Shown here piece after piece: positions 1-11,983 of a DNA stretch of 64,000 bases. The notes under the pieces are model-generated. The model had not been told where the DNA came from. It did not search any database and was given only the letters and a program-made list of their open reading frames with translations. Every line of letters begins with the position of its first letter. The stretch's first letter is position 1. Location of the stretch: the NCBI GenBank assembly GCA_036172245.1, contig JAYWIR010000005.1, positions 1,426,001 through 1,490,000 of the forward strand, given 5' to 3'. This DNA comes from Raillietiella orientalis. Lineage: Eukaryota. Made by a program: the position numbers and the translations under genes.

Positions 1-997
1 TGGAGGGCGTCCTCTGAATTCTTTCCAGGATGCCTGTAAGTTCCATCTGAGTTCCCAGGTTCCCAGCTTGCTGCCGTCCTCAGGAAGCGCAGGACGAAGC
101 AGATGGCATCCCTGTCGCGCCGTCTCCCATTCGCGAAGCTCCAGGACGCCACAATCCCACTAGGCAGCAAAGAGCTGCCAGGGATGCGGCAGGCGAAAGG
201 GCATCGCGCACAAAGAGGCGCTTCATCACATCCTTGGGATTGTCATCGGTGCACCAAGGGTCGTTGTGTAACGCAAGCACAGGGGCCGGAGGGCAACACA
301 GTCTACAATCAAATGCGAGAACTGGGATTCCCGGTCCCCTCACCTGTAACACTTGGGCTCCACAGCCCCCCAGGTCCAGTGAGACCGGTGGACGTTTCGG
401 GAGGCCCCAGTGCAACAGCCGAAGTGTTGATTCCTGCCACTTAAGGGAGAGGACCCGATTGTTCTTCAGCTCTGGAGGCCCCTCGAGGTCTTCCTGTGGG
501 GTTCCCAGCAGCTCACCCCAGCGCAATAGTCCTTTCGGTGGGGCACTTGGGGTCTCAGAGTCTGTGAGTTGGTCCATGGGCCAATCATCTAATTCCTCCG
601 TCTGAGGACCTATTTCGCGACTAACTCCCCATTTGACCGGCTGGTTACTGCCCAGGTGCTCTCTGAGGGAGGGCAATGCCGCGGCCAAAGAGGTTCTTTG
701 CGCTCACGCACACGTGGTGGACTGCATGATGACGTCCTGCAGCGAGCTGTTGTCGTAGAAAGAGCGCAGTAGCCGCTGCCCCATCTCCGGTCTCGTTTCG
801 TCGGGTTCTTGGCCCACGTGCGAACTGTTTCCTGCAACCATGCACTACCGTTCGCAGGCCGGCAAAAGATCCAGTTGTTGGTCCTGGGTCAGCTTGGCCA
901 CTCCGGAATTTCAGTCCGCAGCTGGACAAGTCGCGTCTGCGCCGGCGCGCCAAGAACAAAGACAGTCCCGCGTAGCTGGTGGCTCTCTTGACCAGGT
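1..997 (-). mobile_element. Degenerate 3' part (ORF2 C-terminus) of an L1/Tx1-like non-LTR retrotransposon
   Basis: Frameshifted peptides match the ORF2 C-terminus of the full-length copy (LQETVRTWAK, LLRWGELLG, LKWQESTLRLLHWGLP, LFVRDALSPAASLAALCCL). It is interrupted at ~998 by the 3' end of another copy. Confidence 0.85.
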
Positions 998-1802
998 TTT
1001 TCACCCGGATAAGCCGGGCTTTTACTATTAAAATTTTACAATAAAATCTTATAATAAAGTCTGGTTCTTTCGGAAGTTTTTTCAGTCAGAACATAGTTCT
1101 GACTGTCTTGTCGCACTTGTCCATACCGACCCGCAGGCCGGTGAGATCCTCTACACGGGCGAAGAAGGTGGGGAAACCAAAAAAAAAAAAAAACCAAAAA
1201 AACAAATACGCAAGGGGGGACAAAGTTCTAAGGAAAGAGGAGGGAAGGGAAAGGATGACAGTACGCCATGAGGAGGCCTCTGCATCCGGTTTTCGATGCG
1301 GACAAGTACCGGCAGAATTTTTCTTAGCCGGCGCAAACGGAAGCCTTCTCCATATAGATGACCGCCCAGTGAATGGCATTTCGACTACTGCGGCCTCTCC
1401 TTGACGCGGTCCACTTCTCCAGGATTCCGCGTATGCAGCAGAGAGCTGTAACACACGCGGCGGCTGGAGGGGCGTCCCGCATCAGGAGGCGACGCAAAAT
1501 GTTTTTTGGGTCGCCCACCGAAATGTTCACAATCGACGAGAGTCGATTTCACATAAGCGGAGGGCAAAACACTCGATTATTAGGTGGGGGAAGCTCTTCC
1601 TTTCCCCAGACTCTGCACAATTGGCATCCATACTCCCTAATGTCCAGTGGGAGAGGCATCCCACCAAAGAAGACGGCATCCAAAGCCATCCCACTTCCCC
1701 GTGTCCTTCTAGGGAGCGGAGGTGGTTTGGCATTGCTCAGCGGTCTAGTTAGTGCGAAGGTTTTCAGTGGTTTTGTCTGGTGTGTAGGAGAGCCGGTGTC
1801 CC

Positions 1803-3512
1803 ATGGCAGAAATGCCTGAGGACACCGCGATGGAAATTGGGGGAGGAGAGGCGACTTGCTCTCCACCACCTATGAAAGTGGGGGCGTCCGCCCCCACGGA
1901 ATCCGGGGCACTTGCCCCATCGGAATCGGGGGCAGCCTCCCCTTCGCGACCCTCTTCGCCAGCGGCGAGGAGTTGGAGTGCCGTCGTTGCTGCACCATCC
2001 CCGGCTGCAGTAGCGGAGCAGACTGCCTACAAGGACAGCGGCTACAAACCGTCGCTGATCTACAAGGTAGGCAGTGTGTTCGACGAGAAAATTGCACGCT
2101 CCTTTGCTCCACTAAAGACCTCGAGGGCCTCTCCGTCCTTAGTGGGGGGCAGCGAGTTGAGCTGACTTGCAGAGAGGCAAGTCTGGCGCAGCGCCTGCTA
2201 AACACCCCCATTACGGTGGACGGCCGCAGGATCTTCCCCTGTGACGGAGGACCGCTCCATCGTGGTCCACCTCACGGGCGTATCACTCCGAATGGACAAA
2301 ACCAGCGTCCATGAGGAGTTGTCAAAACACAGTAATGTGCACGCGTATTGGGCCAAACCCAATGTCTTCCAAACGTACGGAAGGCTATTCAGTGGGATGG
2401 CCGCTGCCCGCGTCACACTACCGGAGAATGGTGGGTTTCCCCACAAACTAAATATCGGCGAAGAAAAAGTCGATGTTTGGTACGTGGGAAAGCCCAAGTA
2501 TTGGGGCCATTGCGATGCTACAGGGCACTTAAAAAAACGGTGCCCTAACATCCAATGCCACTTATGTGGAAACAAGGGCCACATCCGCAAGGTGTGCCCA
2601 AGACGAGAAATCCCGGTCCCCCCCGCTGCCAAAAAGGCAAAGGGGAAACGGGCGGGAGAGACGAATACCATGAAGCAGGCCGTAAGGAGCCAGATGCCAG
2701 TCCCTAAGCCATCCCAGCAAACGTCGGTTGAGAGCACTCCCGACGACGCTGGCGACGGCGAAGGCTGGCAGACGGTACAGCCCAGAAGAAAGCCCTGGAG
2801 TCCCGAACGAAGCGCGGGGAGAACAAAAACGCAGCGCGAAAAACCGTGCTGCGAAAAACTTCGCGCGTGTTCGGTGAAATTAGAGCGTGTGGAGGCACTC
2901 GATGCCGCCACCGGGGGAGCAATCCCCCCCCTCGCGTCCGCCGAAGCCGCGACGGTCGATGGCGAACCCTCTGGGGAAACAGAGGGGGAACCGCGCGCCG
3001 CGCTCGACGCGATCGAGGAGGCCGCCTTCCAGCAGGCGGTGGAAGAACTCACGGCAGAACTGCAAGGCCGTGAGAAGAACTCCCGGAAAGGCTTACGAAG
3101 GCCGACCGCGAGGAAGGCTCCGGATGCAGGTGAGGCCGAACCGGATGCCGGAAGTGCGTCCTCCTCAACGAAGGCGCCACCAAAGAAGACGGGACGCAAG
3201 TCCCAGAATCCCAGGAGGCGCATACGGATCAAGAAGGAGGAGGATGAACTGGCACCCGAGGGGGAAGCCGGCAGCGTGGGAGGCGAGGGTGGGAATCTCT
3301 CATTTCCCGACACCGTGCAGCTGGCGACCCCCATGGAGGAGGAAGTACAGGTGGGTGAAACCCCCCTTCCTCTGCACGGCCCTGACGAAGACTCGGCCCC
3401 CATGGAGGAAGGAGAAGCGGACCCCCTCCTCCTAGCGTCCCGCCAGACAAGGTGGCGGGAGCCCCATTGCCACTTTCCCAGGATTAACACCTGGGCTCGC
3501 CTGTCGCCGTAG
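1803..3512 (+). pseudogene. ORF1 (gag-like nucleic-acid-binding protein with two zinc knuckles), frameshifted near 2110-2240
   Basis: ATG at 1803, SWSAVV motif, knuckles HCDATGHLKKRC and CHLCGNKGHIRKVC, basic/acidic low-complexity C-terminal half, stop at 3512. Confidence 0.8.
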
Positions 3513-6500
3513 GATCCGCGTAGCCTGCTGGAACGTCAACGGGCTGCGCGACGACGGCAACAGGCGGGATACGGACGACACCCTGCGCGACTTCGACCTG
3601 GCGCTCCTGCAGGAGATCCACGTGATCACCGCGGAGAACGCCCAGGAGATCGAGAGGATCGCAGGGAGTCGTCTGTTTTGGCAATGCGGCGCTCGCAACA
3701 CATGTGGCGTCGCGTTTATTATGAGGTCAGCAGTCGCCGCCTTCGTCAAGGACGTACGCTTCGACAACGACAGTCGGGTTGGCCAGCTCATCCTTGGGTG
3801 GTCCGACTCGATCGACCTTGTCGTGACCAATGTGTACGCTCCGAGCGGAGAATGCGGGTACGGGGAACGTTCCCGGTTCCTCGAAACCCTGAAGCGCGAC
3901 TGGCTGGTGGATACAAACGTACGCAAGGTGCATCTGATCGGTAGGGATTTCAACATCCGCCTGCACTCAGGTGTGCCTTGCGGGCAAAAAGACGCAGCCA
4001 ACGAGTTGTGCGCTGCTATGCGCACGCGCAACTTGTTGGAGGACCTACCGGAAATGGTCCAAAGCGTAGACCACGTCTTCCTTGACGCCGACCTGTGCCC
4101 AAGGGTCGGCAGACGAGGGAAACTTCCGTCGACGCTATCGGACCATTTCCAGTTGATATTCGAGGTTATGCCTCGCGACAAAGGACCACCATCCAGGGCG
4201 TGGCGTCTCCCCAGGGACTGGACGCGCATCTCAGGTGCGGCGGAACATCTCCGCCAAGTACTGGGAGGCGTCATCCTCCGGAATCTCCAAGACTGGGACC
4301 GCATGAAGGCCTCGGTCCGCGAGTTCTGCGAGGAGTTCCCTGTGCACCGCCTGCCCCGGGGATTTGGTGAGGGGGTCCGCAACGAAAGAGCGTATTTGCA
4401 CTCCCGTCGTTTCGCGAGGACCCCTGACATCCGTCGCTTGGCCGAGTACAAAGCCGGGGCCGAGCGTCAAGCCTGGCAAACCGGGCCGCCCAGCGTGCTG
4501 GACGACCTGGACCAGGAATACTCGGACCCGGCATCGATACGTCGCCTCGTGCGTGGATTTTACTCCTCCCTTTACGCCAGGGTACCTGCGGAGTGGGACG
4601 TCTCGCGGCGCTTGCTCCCAGATGTAGCCCCGGCCATAGGGGAGGAGGAGAAAGAAAGCCTCGACGAGCCTTTTACGACCGGTGAAATCATCACCGCGAT
4701 TAAAAGGCTCAAGAGGCGTAAGGCGCCAGGGGAGGACGGCCTGCCGGCGGAGTTCTTTCAGTGCTTCGCTGCAGAGCTGACCCCCCTGGTGCTCCAATTG
4801 ACACGGCTGATCCAAAACGAAGGCGATGTTCCCGCCTCGTTTCGGTCAGCTAGGGTGAGGCTCCTTCCTAAGGGAGGAGACCTCAGAAAATTATGCAACT
4901 GGCGTCCGATCACGATTGTGAACACGGAAGCCAAGTTGCTGGCTGGACTGTGGGCTGCGCGACTGGGGCAGGTAGCTGACAGCTTCGTCAGCCCGGAACA
5001 GACGTACACTGTTCCCGGGCGAAGCATGGAAGCGAACCTGTTCTTCGCCAGCACATGGTTCCATGTGCAACGCGAGGAAAAAAAGGAAAAAGAACGGAAT
5101 GTCGACAAACCTGATTTGGGGGCGCCAGCGCGGCAAGTAAGGGACGACCGGGAAGGGAAGGGGGCTCTAGCGATCGCAGTCGATCTGCACAAAGCGTTCG
5201 ACTGCGTCCACCAGGATCTTGTGGAACTCCTAGAACGCATGGACTTCCCGGCCGCCTTAGAGGCCCACCTGCGCGCCTGCTGGCGCAATGCGATAATCAC
5301 CGTTTCTTTCAGAGGACAAAACGTGTTTGGCGTGAAGGTAAGGCGCGGCATCCGGTAGGGCGACAGCCTGAGTCCCCTGCTCTTTAGCACCTGTTTCGAA
5401 CTGGTGCTGAGAGCATACAGGGTGACATTGACTGCCCTGCCGAGCTCGTGCCCAGGTACGGCGGCCGTGTCGGCGTTTGTTGACGATCTTCTGCTCCTGC
5501 TTCTCATGTCCGCGCCGGCTTCGGCATTCGAAGATTTCTTCGACTTGCTGAGCCGTGGGACAGGACTACGGGTGAACAGGACGAAGTCGTCGCTGGTAGC
5601 GGTTGGTGCAACGTGGTCAGGACGACCTGATTGGATCCGCCTGGGGATCCCCACGGATAGGTACTTGAAGTACCTCAGCGTTCCGTTGGGGTACTTCTGC
5701 CAGTCAGAAGCCTGGTCAGGTCGTCTCCAGAAAGTGGAGTCGGCGATCGCCCGTTCCTGGAAGGCAAGTTTCACTTGCCGGAACGGGCCGTGGTGTGGAA
5801 CGCGTTTGCGGCTTCCCTCCTTCGCCCCCTGATTTTTGTTTGCCCCGTACCCCGTGAGATCAAAAAGAGAACGAAGAACCTCCTGCGCATCGCCCTGTGG
5901 GGCGGCGGGAGGCCTCGTGTGCCTCTGGAGGATTTGTGCGCTCCACGTCGGGACGGAGGTCTTAGCGTCCTGACGCTGGAGCGCGTGGAAATACAGCTGC
6001 AGTGGCGTACCTTGGCCATCGCGGCGAAGATGTGGAGCACCCCTTGGTGCGTTCCGCCCACCTCCTCGTCAGGTGTGTGTCCGGGACCGAAGGACTCGCA
6101 TCTTTTCTTCTGTGCCCCGGCTGGAAAATAAGAAGATGAGGCCTTCTCCTGGGACGCATGACCACCCTGGCAAAGGAGAACAGGTGGATGGCCTGCAGCC
6201 CCGCCAACTCCAGCGCATGGCTGGAAGAAACAGTTGGCACGTGGGCGAAGTTAAACCAGCCTAGTGGAGAATCCTGCAACCGCCTGCGTCCCGGCATCTA
6301 CACCCGCTGCACGCTGCGGAACATGATCGAGTGTCCCGCCAGAAGCACTTGGGCGGAGACGGCCCCACTGGCCACAGCGCTGCCCTTCCTACGAAAGGCG
6401 CTTCAAAATAGCCGGAAGCCGAGATGGCAAGTCTCCTGCCGGATAGTGGGCAAGGAGAAGGATCTAAGCGGGTGGACAATGAGGGAACTGGCAGACGCCG

Positions 6501-7072
6501 CAACCCCAAGCGTTCACCCTCATGGAATACGGAGATGGGGCGAGCTGCTTGGCATCCCGGCGGATAACCTAGAGTGGCCCCCGTTATTTAGAGACGCATC
6601 CACCCTCCCCCTCAAGTGGCAGGAAACGGCGCTGTTGTTGTTGCACTGGGGTCTTCCCTGCAACGCGCGCCGCCACCACTGGACGTTCGGGAACGTGGGA
6701 CAGAACTGTGCAGTGTGCGGGGAGAAGGAATCCCTCCCCCATCTGTTAGTGGACTGCGCTGCCCTCCGGCCCTTGTGAGAACGTTATGCTACGACCCTCC
6801 CTATGCCGGTCGGCAGTACCCCCAGAGACGTTCTGAGACTCCTCTTCGTGCGAGACGCCCTGCCACCAGCCTCAACCCTGGCAGCGCTCTGCTGCCTCCG
6901 AGGGATTGTGGCCGCGTGGAGCGCAGCCAACAGAGGAAGCAGCGATAGGGACCCCATCGTACACGCGGGTCGCTACCTGCGAATCGCGATCGGCTGGTCC
7001 CATCTGGGAGCTATGACGAGGGACCTCGAGGGCATCCTGGAAAGGATGGTCTCTTCCTCTAGCGGGTTGTGA
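3436..7072 (+). pseudogene. ORF2: AP-endonuclease + reverse transcriptase + C-terminal CCHC finger, with nonsense and frameshift lesions
   Basis: APE motifs CWNVNGL, LLQEIH, NVYAP, DFN, DHVF, SDH. RT motifs KAPGEDGLPAEFF, NWRPITIVN, AVDLHKAFD, GIR*GDSLSPLLF (TAG 5356-5358), FVDD, PRRDGGL. Finger CAVCGEKESLPHLLVDC. Confidence 0.92.
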
Positions 7073-9214
7073 TCCCTTCCCGGCCCCCCAAATAGTTTGT
7101 TTTTGTTATTTCATTTATTCTTCTTTTTGTTTTACCCCCCCCCCCCCACCCCCTCTCGCTGCCGAGGAGAGTCAAGCCGGTCTGCGAACCAGCTTCCTGG
7201 CAGGTCCCGGGAACTATTGGTCGTAGCGGGGCCTAGTACCGCAGATGTACTGTGTTTTTTTTAATAAACGCCCCGGCGTGACCGGGTGAAAACTCCCTAA
7301 TGTCCAGTGGGAGAGGCGTGCTCTGCAAAGGAGTCCCCAATGCAACACGAGCAGCGCCGTCTCCTCCCAATCCAAAGGGAGGGTACCATTGTCCCAATGC
7401 GTTGGGGACCACTTCGCCTCCTCCGGAGGTATATCGAGCAGCTCGCCCCAGAGCACAAGTCCATTAGGTGGGATACTCGGGGTTGCAGCGTTCTCTAGTT
7501 CCCGAGACGTCCACGCCTTTAAGAGTTTTTTCCTGCCTCTGATGAGGCAGAACACTTCCCACTATGCTTCCTCTTGGCTGTCCCTAGCGTCTCTCAGGGA
7601 AGACAGCACGGTACAAGGGGGGTGAATGAAGCCCACAGAAGTTTCCTTGGGTTGGAAACGATCTCTCGCAGGGACTGGCCAGCGTACCTGCCTCAACGAA
7701 GGCAGGAGTGGTCTTCATCGCTGGAGCCGTTGATTTTGCCCATGAGGAAACGGACTCCTGAAGGCAGATGGTCCAGTTCTCGGGGACGCCGGAGATCGAC
7801 GTATTTTAACTCACCAGGGCAACCAATTCCCGTAGCTGAAACCCACAATGGTTCAGACTGCGGTCGTTAGCCACTAGGATCGAGGTCAATCCGTAGCAGC
7901 CGCTTACCCTATAGGCGAGGAGTCGTGTGGGTGCACACCATGGCACAGTCCAGTATTTCGCCACAAGAGCGATTTTGCGTATTTGGAGCTGACGCTCCAT
8001 GCGCTCCAACGTCATGAGACAAAGTCCACCGTCCCCGCGTGGACCCCCCAAAAAAGGGGGGCGGAAGAGTGGGACTACCAACGTGTTCCACACCGCGGCC
8101 CGTTCCAGCAAGAGAAACTTGCCATCCTGGAACGGGCCGATCTCCGACTCTGGAAGCAGCTCGACCACCCCTCCGCCGAATAGTCTCCAAACGGAACATC
8201 AAAGTCCTTAAAGTACCGAACCATGGGGATCCCCAAGAGTATCCATTCCAGCTTCCGTATGCACACCGGATGGACTGCTACCACGGACGATTTCGCCCTG
8301 TTCACCTCCAGTCCTGTCGCACGGCTTAATAGTTCGAAGAAATCTTCGAGTGCCGACGCCGGGATGGACATAAGGAGCAGCAGCAGAAGATTGTCCGCAT
8401 ACGCTGACACGGACGGTGTGCCTGAGCACGCGCATGGCAGGCGAGCCAGAGTCGTCCCGTACGCCCACAGCACCAGCTCGAAGTAGGTGCTGAAGGGTAA
8501 GGGGCTCAGGCTGTTGCTCTGCCGTATCCCGCGGCGCACCGGCACACCGTAAACATTTTGTCCCCTGAAAAAAATGCCGTCGCTCCAGCAGGAGAGCAGA
8601 AAGGCGGTCAAAGAGGCTGAGAAGCCCGTGCGTTTCAGGAGATCCAGAAAAAGCCCCTGGTCGGCGCAGCGGATGCTTTGCGCAAGCTGACTGCGACCGC
8701 AAGGTCCTCCATTCCCTCCCAACCATCCCGTCTACTACTGGCGAAAGTTCCGGAATTCGGGGTGCCAACTGTGTTCCTTTCATTCATTCTTACTCTCTAA
8801 AACTGAAACCAGGTGTTCGAGAGGAACAGGTTGGAATCCATACTTCGGGATACACACTGCTTGGTGTGTCCCCCGAAGAACTCGCGTTCCCTCTCCTTTA
8901 TGTGGACACCTCCATGTTTCGTCTCGAGTGGAAACAGGATGCTCTGCTGTTTCTGCACTGAGGATTCCATTCAATCAGCGCAGACTCCTGGCTCTCGGAG
9001 GAGCTGCCTCTCCGAAATGTTGGAGGTGCAGAGCGATAGGATCGCTCCCGCACCTCCTGTTGGACCGCAGTGCCCTCAGGGATCTGTGAGGGAGACTCGC
9101 TCCGCCACTCCGACAACCGCAGGACACCACTTTGGACCAGCTGCAACGCTTCTTCATCTGAAGAAGGGCGATGCGAAGAAGGGCGCTGCGATCGCATTCG
9201 CGCCATGGTGGCAC

Positions 9215-9512
9215 GTTCTGGAGTCAGGTTCGCGGCGAAGAGAGGTCACCAGCATGGCAGCAGAAGCCCTCATGAGGACGGCAGCAAGGTGGCTTCATCT
9301 GCCAGAAGTCCCCAGGGAGATCGCCACTATCCACAGCCTCTTCTAGAAGGAGAGGAGCGCCTTTAACCAAAGACCTCACCCTCCCGTCTTTTTTTAAATT
9401 TATTTATTGTTCCCTCCCTCCGTTTCCAACTTTGTGGTAGCCGACCTGCGTGCCGGTGGTTCCCTGTGGTTTTTTTTTTTTTTTAATAAACGTCCCAGTG
9501 CCACCGGTAAAA
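9215..9512 (+). mobile_element. Short 5'-truncated Tx1-like 3' end
   Basis: AARWLHL C-terminal peptide, T-rich UTR, CCTGCG motif, AATAAA at 9485-9490 followed by a degenerate terminal hairpin. Confidence 0.7.
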
Positions 9513-9789
9513 TTAGATCAGCACCGTGAGCTCTGGCACCAGGGAGCGCTATCCTGAGGAGAAGACTTAGGAAAAAATTCCGCCGGCAGTCCATCCTCTC
9601 TCCAAGTGCTCTGCGTCTTGGGGGATCCCCGGTGGCGGCAGCGTTCCGCGCCATCGGGAAGATCACTTCCAAGCTTGCGCTGGAAGCTCTTCGCGTGACG
9701 CGGAAACGCCACTGGAAGCAGCTGTTCCGCGAAACCGCGCTACGTGGGTGCATTTTGCGTGACACCGAGAGACACTGGAAGACCACCCT

Positions 9790-11006
9790 CTTGACCTGTG
9801 TGGGAGCCGGAAAGCTGTGCGCCAGCCGAAAGTTTCAGGCCTTTCTCGTCCGGCAAGCATGGCGCCCCGAGTGGCCAGAACTGCCGCTCGGCCTTGACCT
9901 TGAACTCAGCCAGTTTGCTCAAACCCGGGCTTCTGAAGTGGTGGGACCGCGTTTGTTCCTGGCACCCTCCACGAAACCTTCCTGTCCTGCCTGCGATCCA
10001 GAAACTGCTCTCGCTGCTCGCTGCAGAACATCCTGGAGAGTCTCGGCATGAGCGTGTGGCGGAGCAAGACCCCTTTTGTTGCATCGATGCCCTCCCTCAG
10101 GGAGGCGAGTGGCATCAGCAGCCAATTGGTGAGGTGAGACGTCTCCTGCGAGATTGCAGGCAGGAGGAAGAGAATGAGTGGCCGGACCACGGGCAGCTGA
10201 CGTACGCTGCGATTCCAGGCGCCCTTCCACGAAGAATTCAACGCTGGGGTGGGCTGCTCGGTATTCTACGGGAAGATCTGAAGTGTGTGCGTGCGGACAG
10301 AAGCACCCCCTCCCCTTGAAGTGATAGGCGGGCCAGCACTTGTGCTTCTGCCCTAGGGTCTTCCCTGAAACGCCTCCCGAGACCGCTGGACGCTGGAGGG
10401 TGCAAGTCCGGAATGCTGCGGGCGCGGGGAACGGGAATCCCTCCTCCGCACCTGCTCGTGGACTGTGCCGCCCTACGGCCCCTATGGGAGCTCTTTGGCA
10501 CGACACTGCGGGCTCTGGGTGGCAACTGCAGGGACATTTTACCACGCTCCTCTTTGTGCGGGATGCCCCGCGGCCAGCCGCGGTCCCAGCAGCCCCTTGC
10601 TGCACCCGCGGGATGGTGGTGGCCTGGAGCGAGCTGAAGCGGAGCGAACAAAAGGGCTTTCAGTTCGCTTTCCATGGATGGGGGCAGCCAGAAGCCCCCC
10701 TACCTGGATGCCATGCAGACGGACCTAGCCGGCATCCTAGTAAGGAGGCAGAGGACTCCTCCCTACAGTGGATGGTGATTCCTTGCTGGCTCTTCAGAGG
10801 ATTTTTATTTATTTATTTATTTATTTTTAGGGGTGGGTTTCTTCCTCTCTTCGCCGCTACCGAGGTGAGACGCACCGGTCTCAGTACCGGCGACGCGGCA
10901 GGTTTCTTGTAGGTTCGGACATGGCTTGACTGCGTGTCCTGCCGCAGGTTGCAGGTTTATTGTTCTCCAAAAAAAAAAAAGAAAACGCCCCAGCGTGACC
11001 GGGTGG
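9790..11006 (+). mobile_element. 5'-truncated Tx1-like copy (ORF2 C-terminus and 3'UTR)
   Basis: RWGGLLGI, PHLLVDCAALRPLWELFGTTL, LLFVRDAP peptides; terminal CGCCCCAGCGTGACCGGGTG at 10986-11005. Confidence 0.85.
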
Positions 11007-11983
11007 CATTCCGGAGCCTTGGGGCACGAGGTGCAGTGGACACCGGACGCCGAGTCCTTCGAGTGGTCTTAGCACTCCAGATCGGCGGCTGCAAAGCCGC
11101 CGGGGGAAAGTACGGAACTGCTCCGTGACTTCCAGATCTACCCAACCTTCCGGTAGCCTGCACCCCTGCTCTGGTCCTCTGAGGATTGTTGGGCTCGGTG
11201 AGGGGCGACCTCCGCGTATTTACTTCTGGTAAATGAAGGCCCCGGCGCGCGACCTGGCGAGAAGGTATGGGAGGAGGGTAGTTCGTGTGCTTCCAGAGCA
11301 CACACCGCGTGCCTTGCGTGCTTCTGTCTCCTTGGCGACCGCGCTCTCCGAGTCGCTCTCCGGCCTGCCTACCAGTCTGCTTGCGAGCGGGAAGGTCGCG
11401 CGCAGCCGAACCCAGCGTGCCCGACCTTCCACTCCGCCCGGATGCCGTGCGCTCGGCATCCGATAGAGGGGCATAAGAATTAGGGGCCAGGCAGGACCCT
11501 GCCCGGGACGGTCACGCGACGTGGGGCAGCTGCGGAGTCCTCACCCGGCCTCGCGCCGGGACATCCGTTTGCAGCAAACGAGTCGGGAAAGCAGCGCCCA
11601 AGGAAGTTCGTAGGGGAGGAGTCAACCTAGGAGGCCGATCACCGACCGGAGGAGGAAGCGGGAGGGGACAACAAAGAAATAAAGAAAAGGGGGACAGGGT
11701 GATAGTCATGGGTCAGCATGGTATGTGACGCTCCCCCCTTTCTCAGAACCGGCGCAGATGACACGAGGCGACCTCCCCGACGATTCCCGGATGGAATCGC
11801 CTCCCTGCGGAACCCCTCATGACGGCGGCTGCCACCCCCCCACCCTTCCCACCGCTGCGTCTGGAGCTTCCCAGAGAGGGGGGCAGCCACGGTGGCCGAA
11901 CGGTTGCAACGTGGACGGACGACGCGGTGCATCCGGAGGTGGCGCGTGTGGCATGAGCATTGAGGTGCGCCCGTAGAGTAGAC

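Larger units (their letters stand above)
1658..7291 (+). mobile_element. Full-length L1/Tx1-clade non-LTR retrotransposon (~5.6 kb), inactivated
   Basis: 5'UTR, ORF1, ORF2 (APE-RT-CCHC), 3'UTR, AATAAA at 7263-7268, terminal hairpin and short A tail. Flanked by an exact 26-bp duplication ACTCCCTAATGTCCAGTGGGAGAGGC (1632-1657 and 7292-7317). Confidence 0.93.
998..8790 (-). mobile_element. Older Tx1-like LINE copy split by the 1658-7291 insertion (pieces 998-1657 and 7292-~8790; a further RT piece at ~9513-9790)
   Basis: 3' terminal hairpin and UTR at 998-1240. The zinc-finger region continues across the TSD (RARLSHWTLGS on both sides). RT motifs RRGIRQSNSLSPL and SAYADNLL at 8075-8722; EDGLPAEFF at ~9570-9610. 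Confidence 0.85.

Noticed and set aside
2198..5774. Long minus-strand ORFs (430, 339 and 338 aa)
   Set aside because: Antisense shadows of the GC-rich LINE ORF1/ORF2, with no domain motifs.
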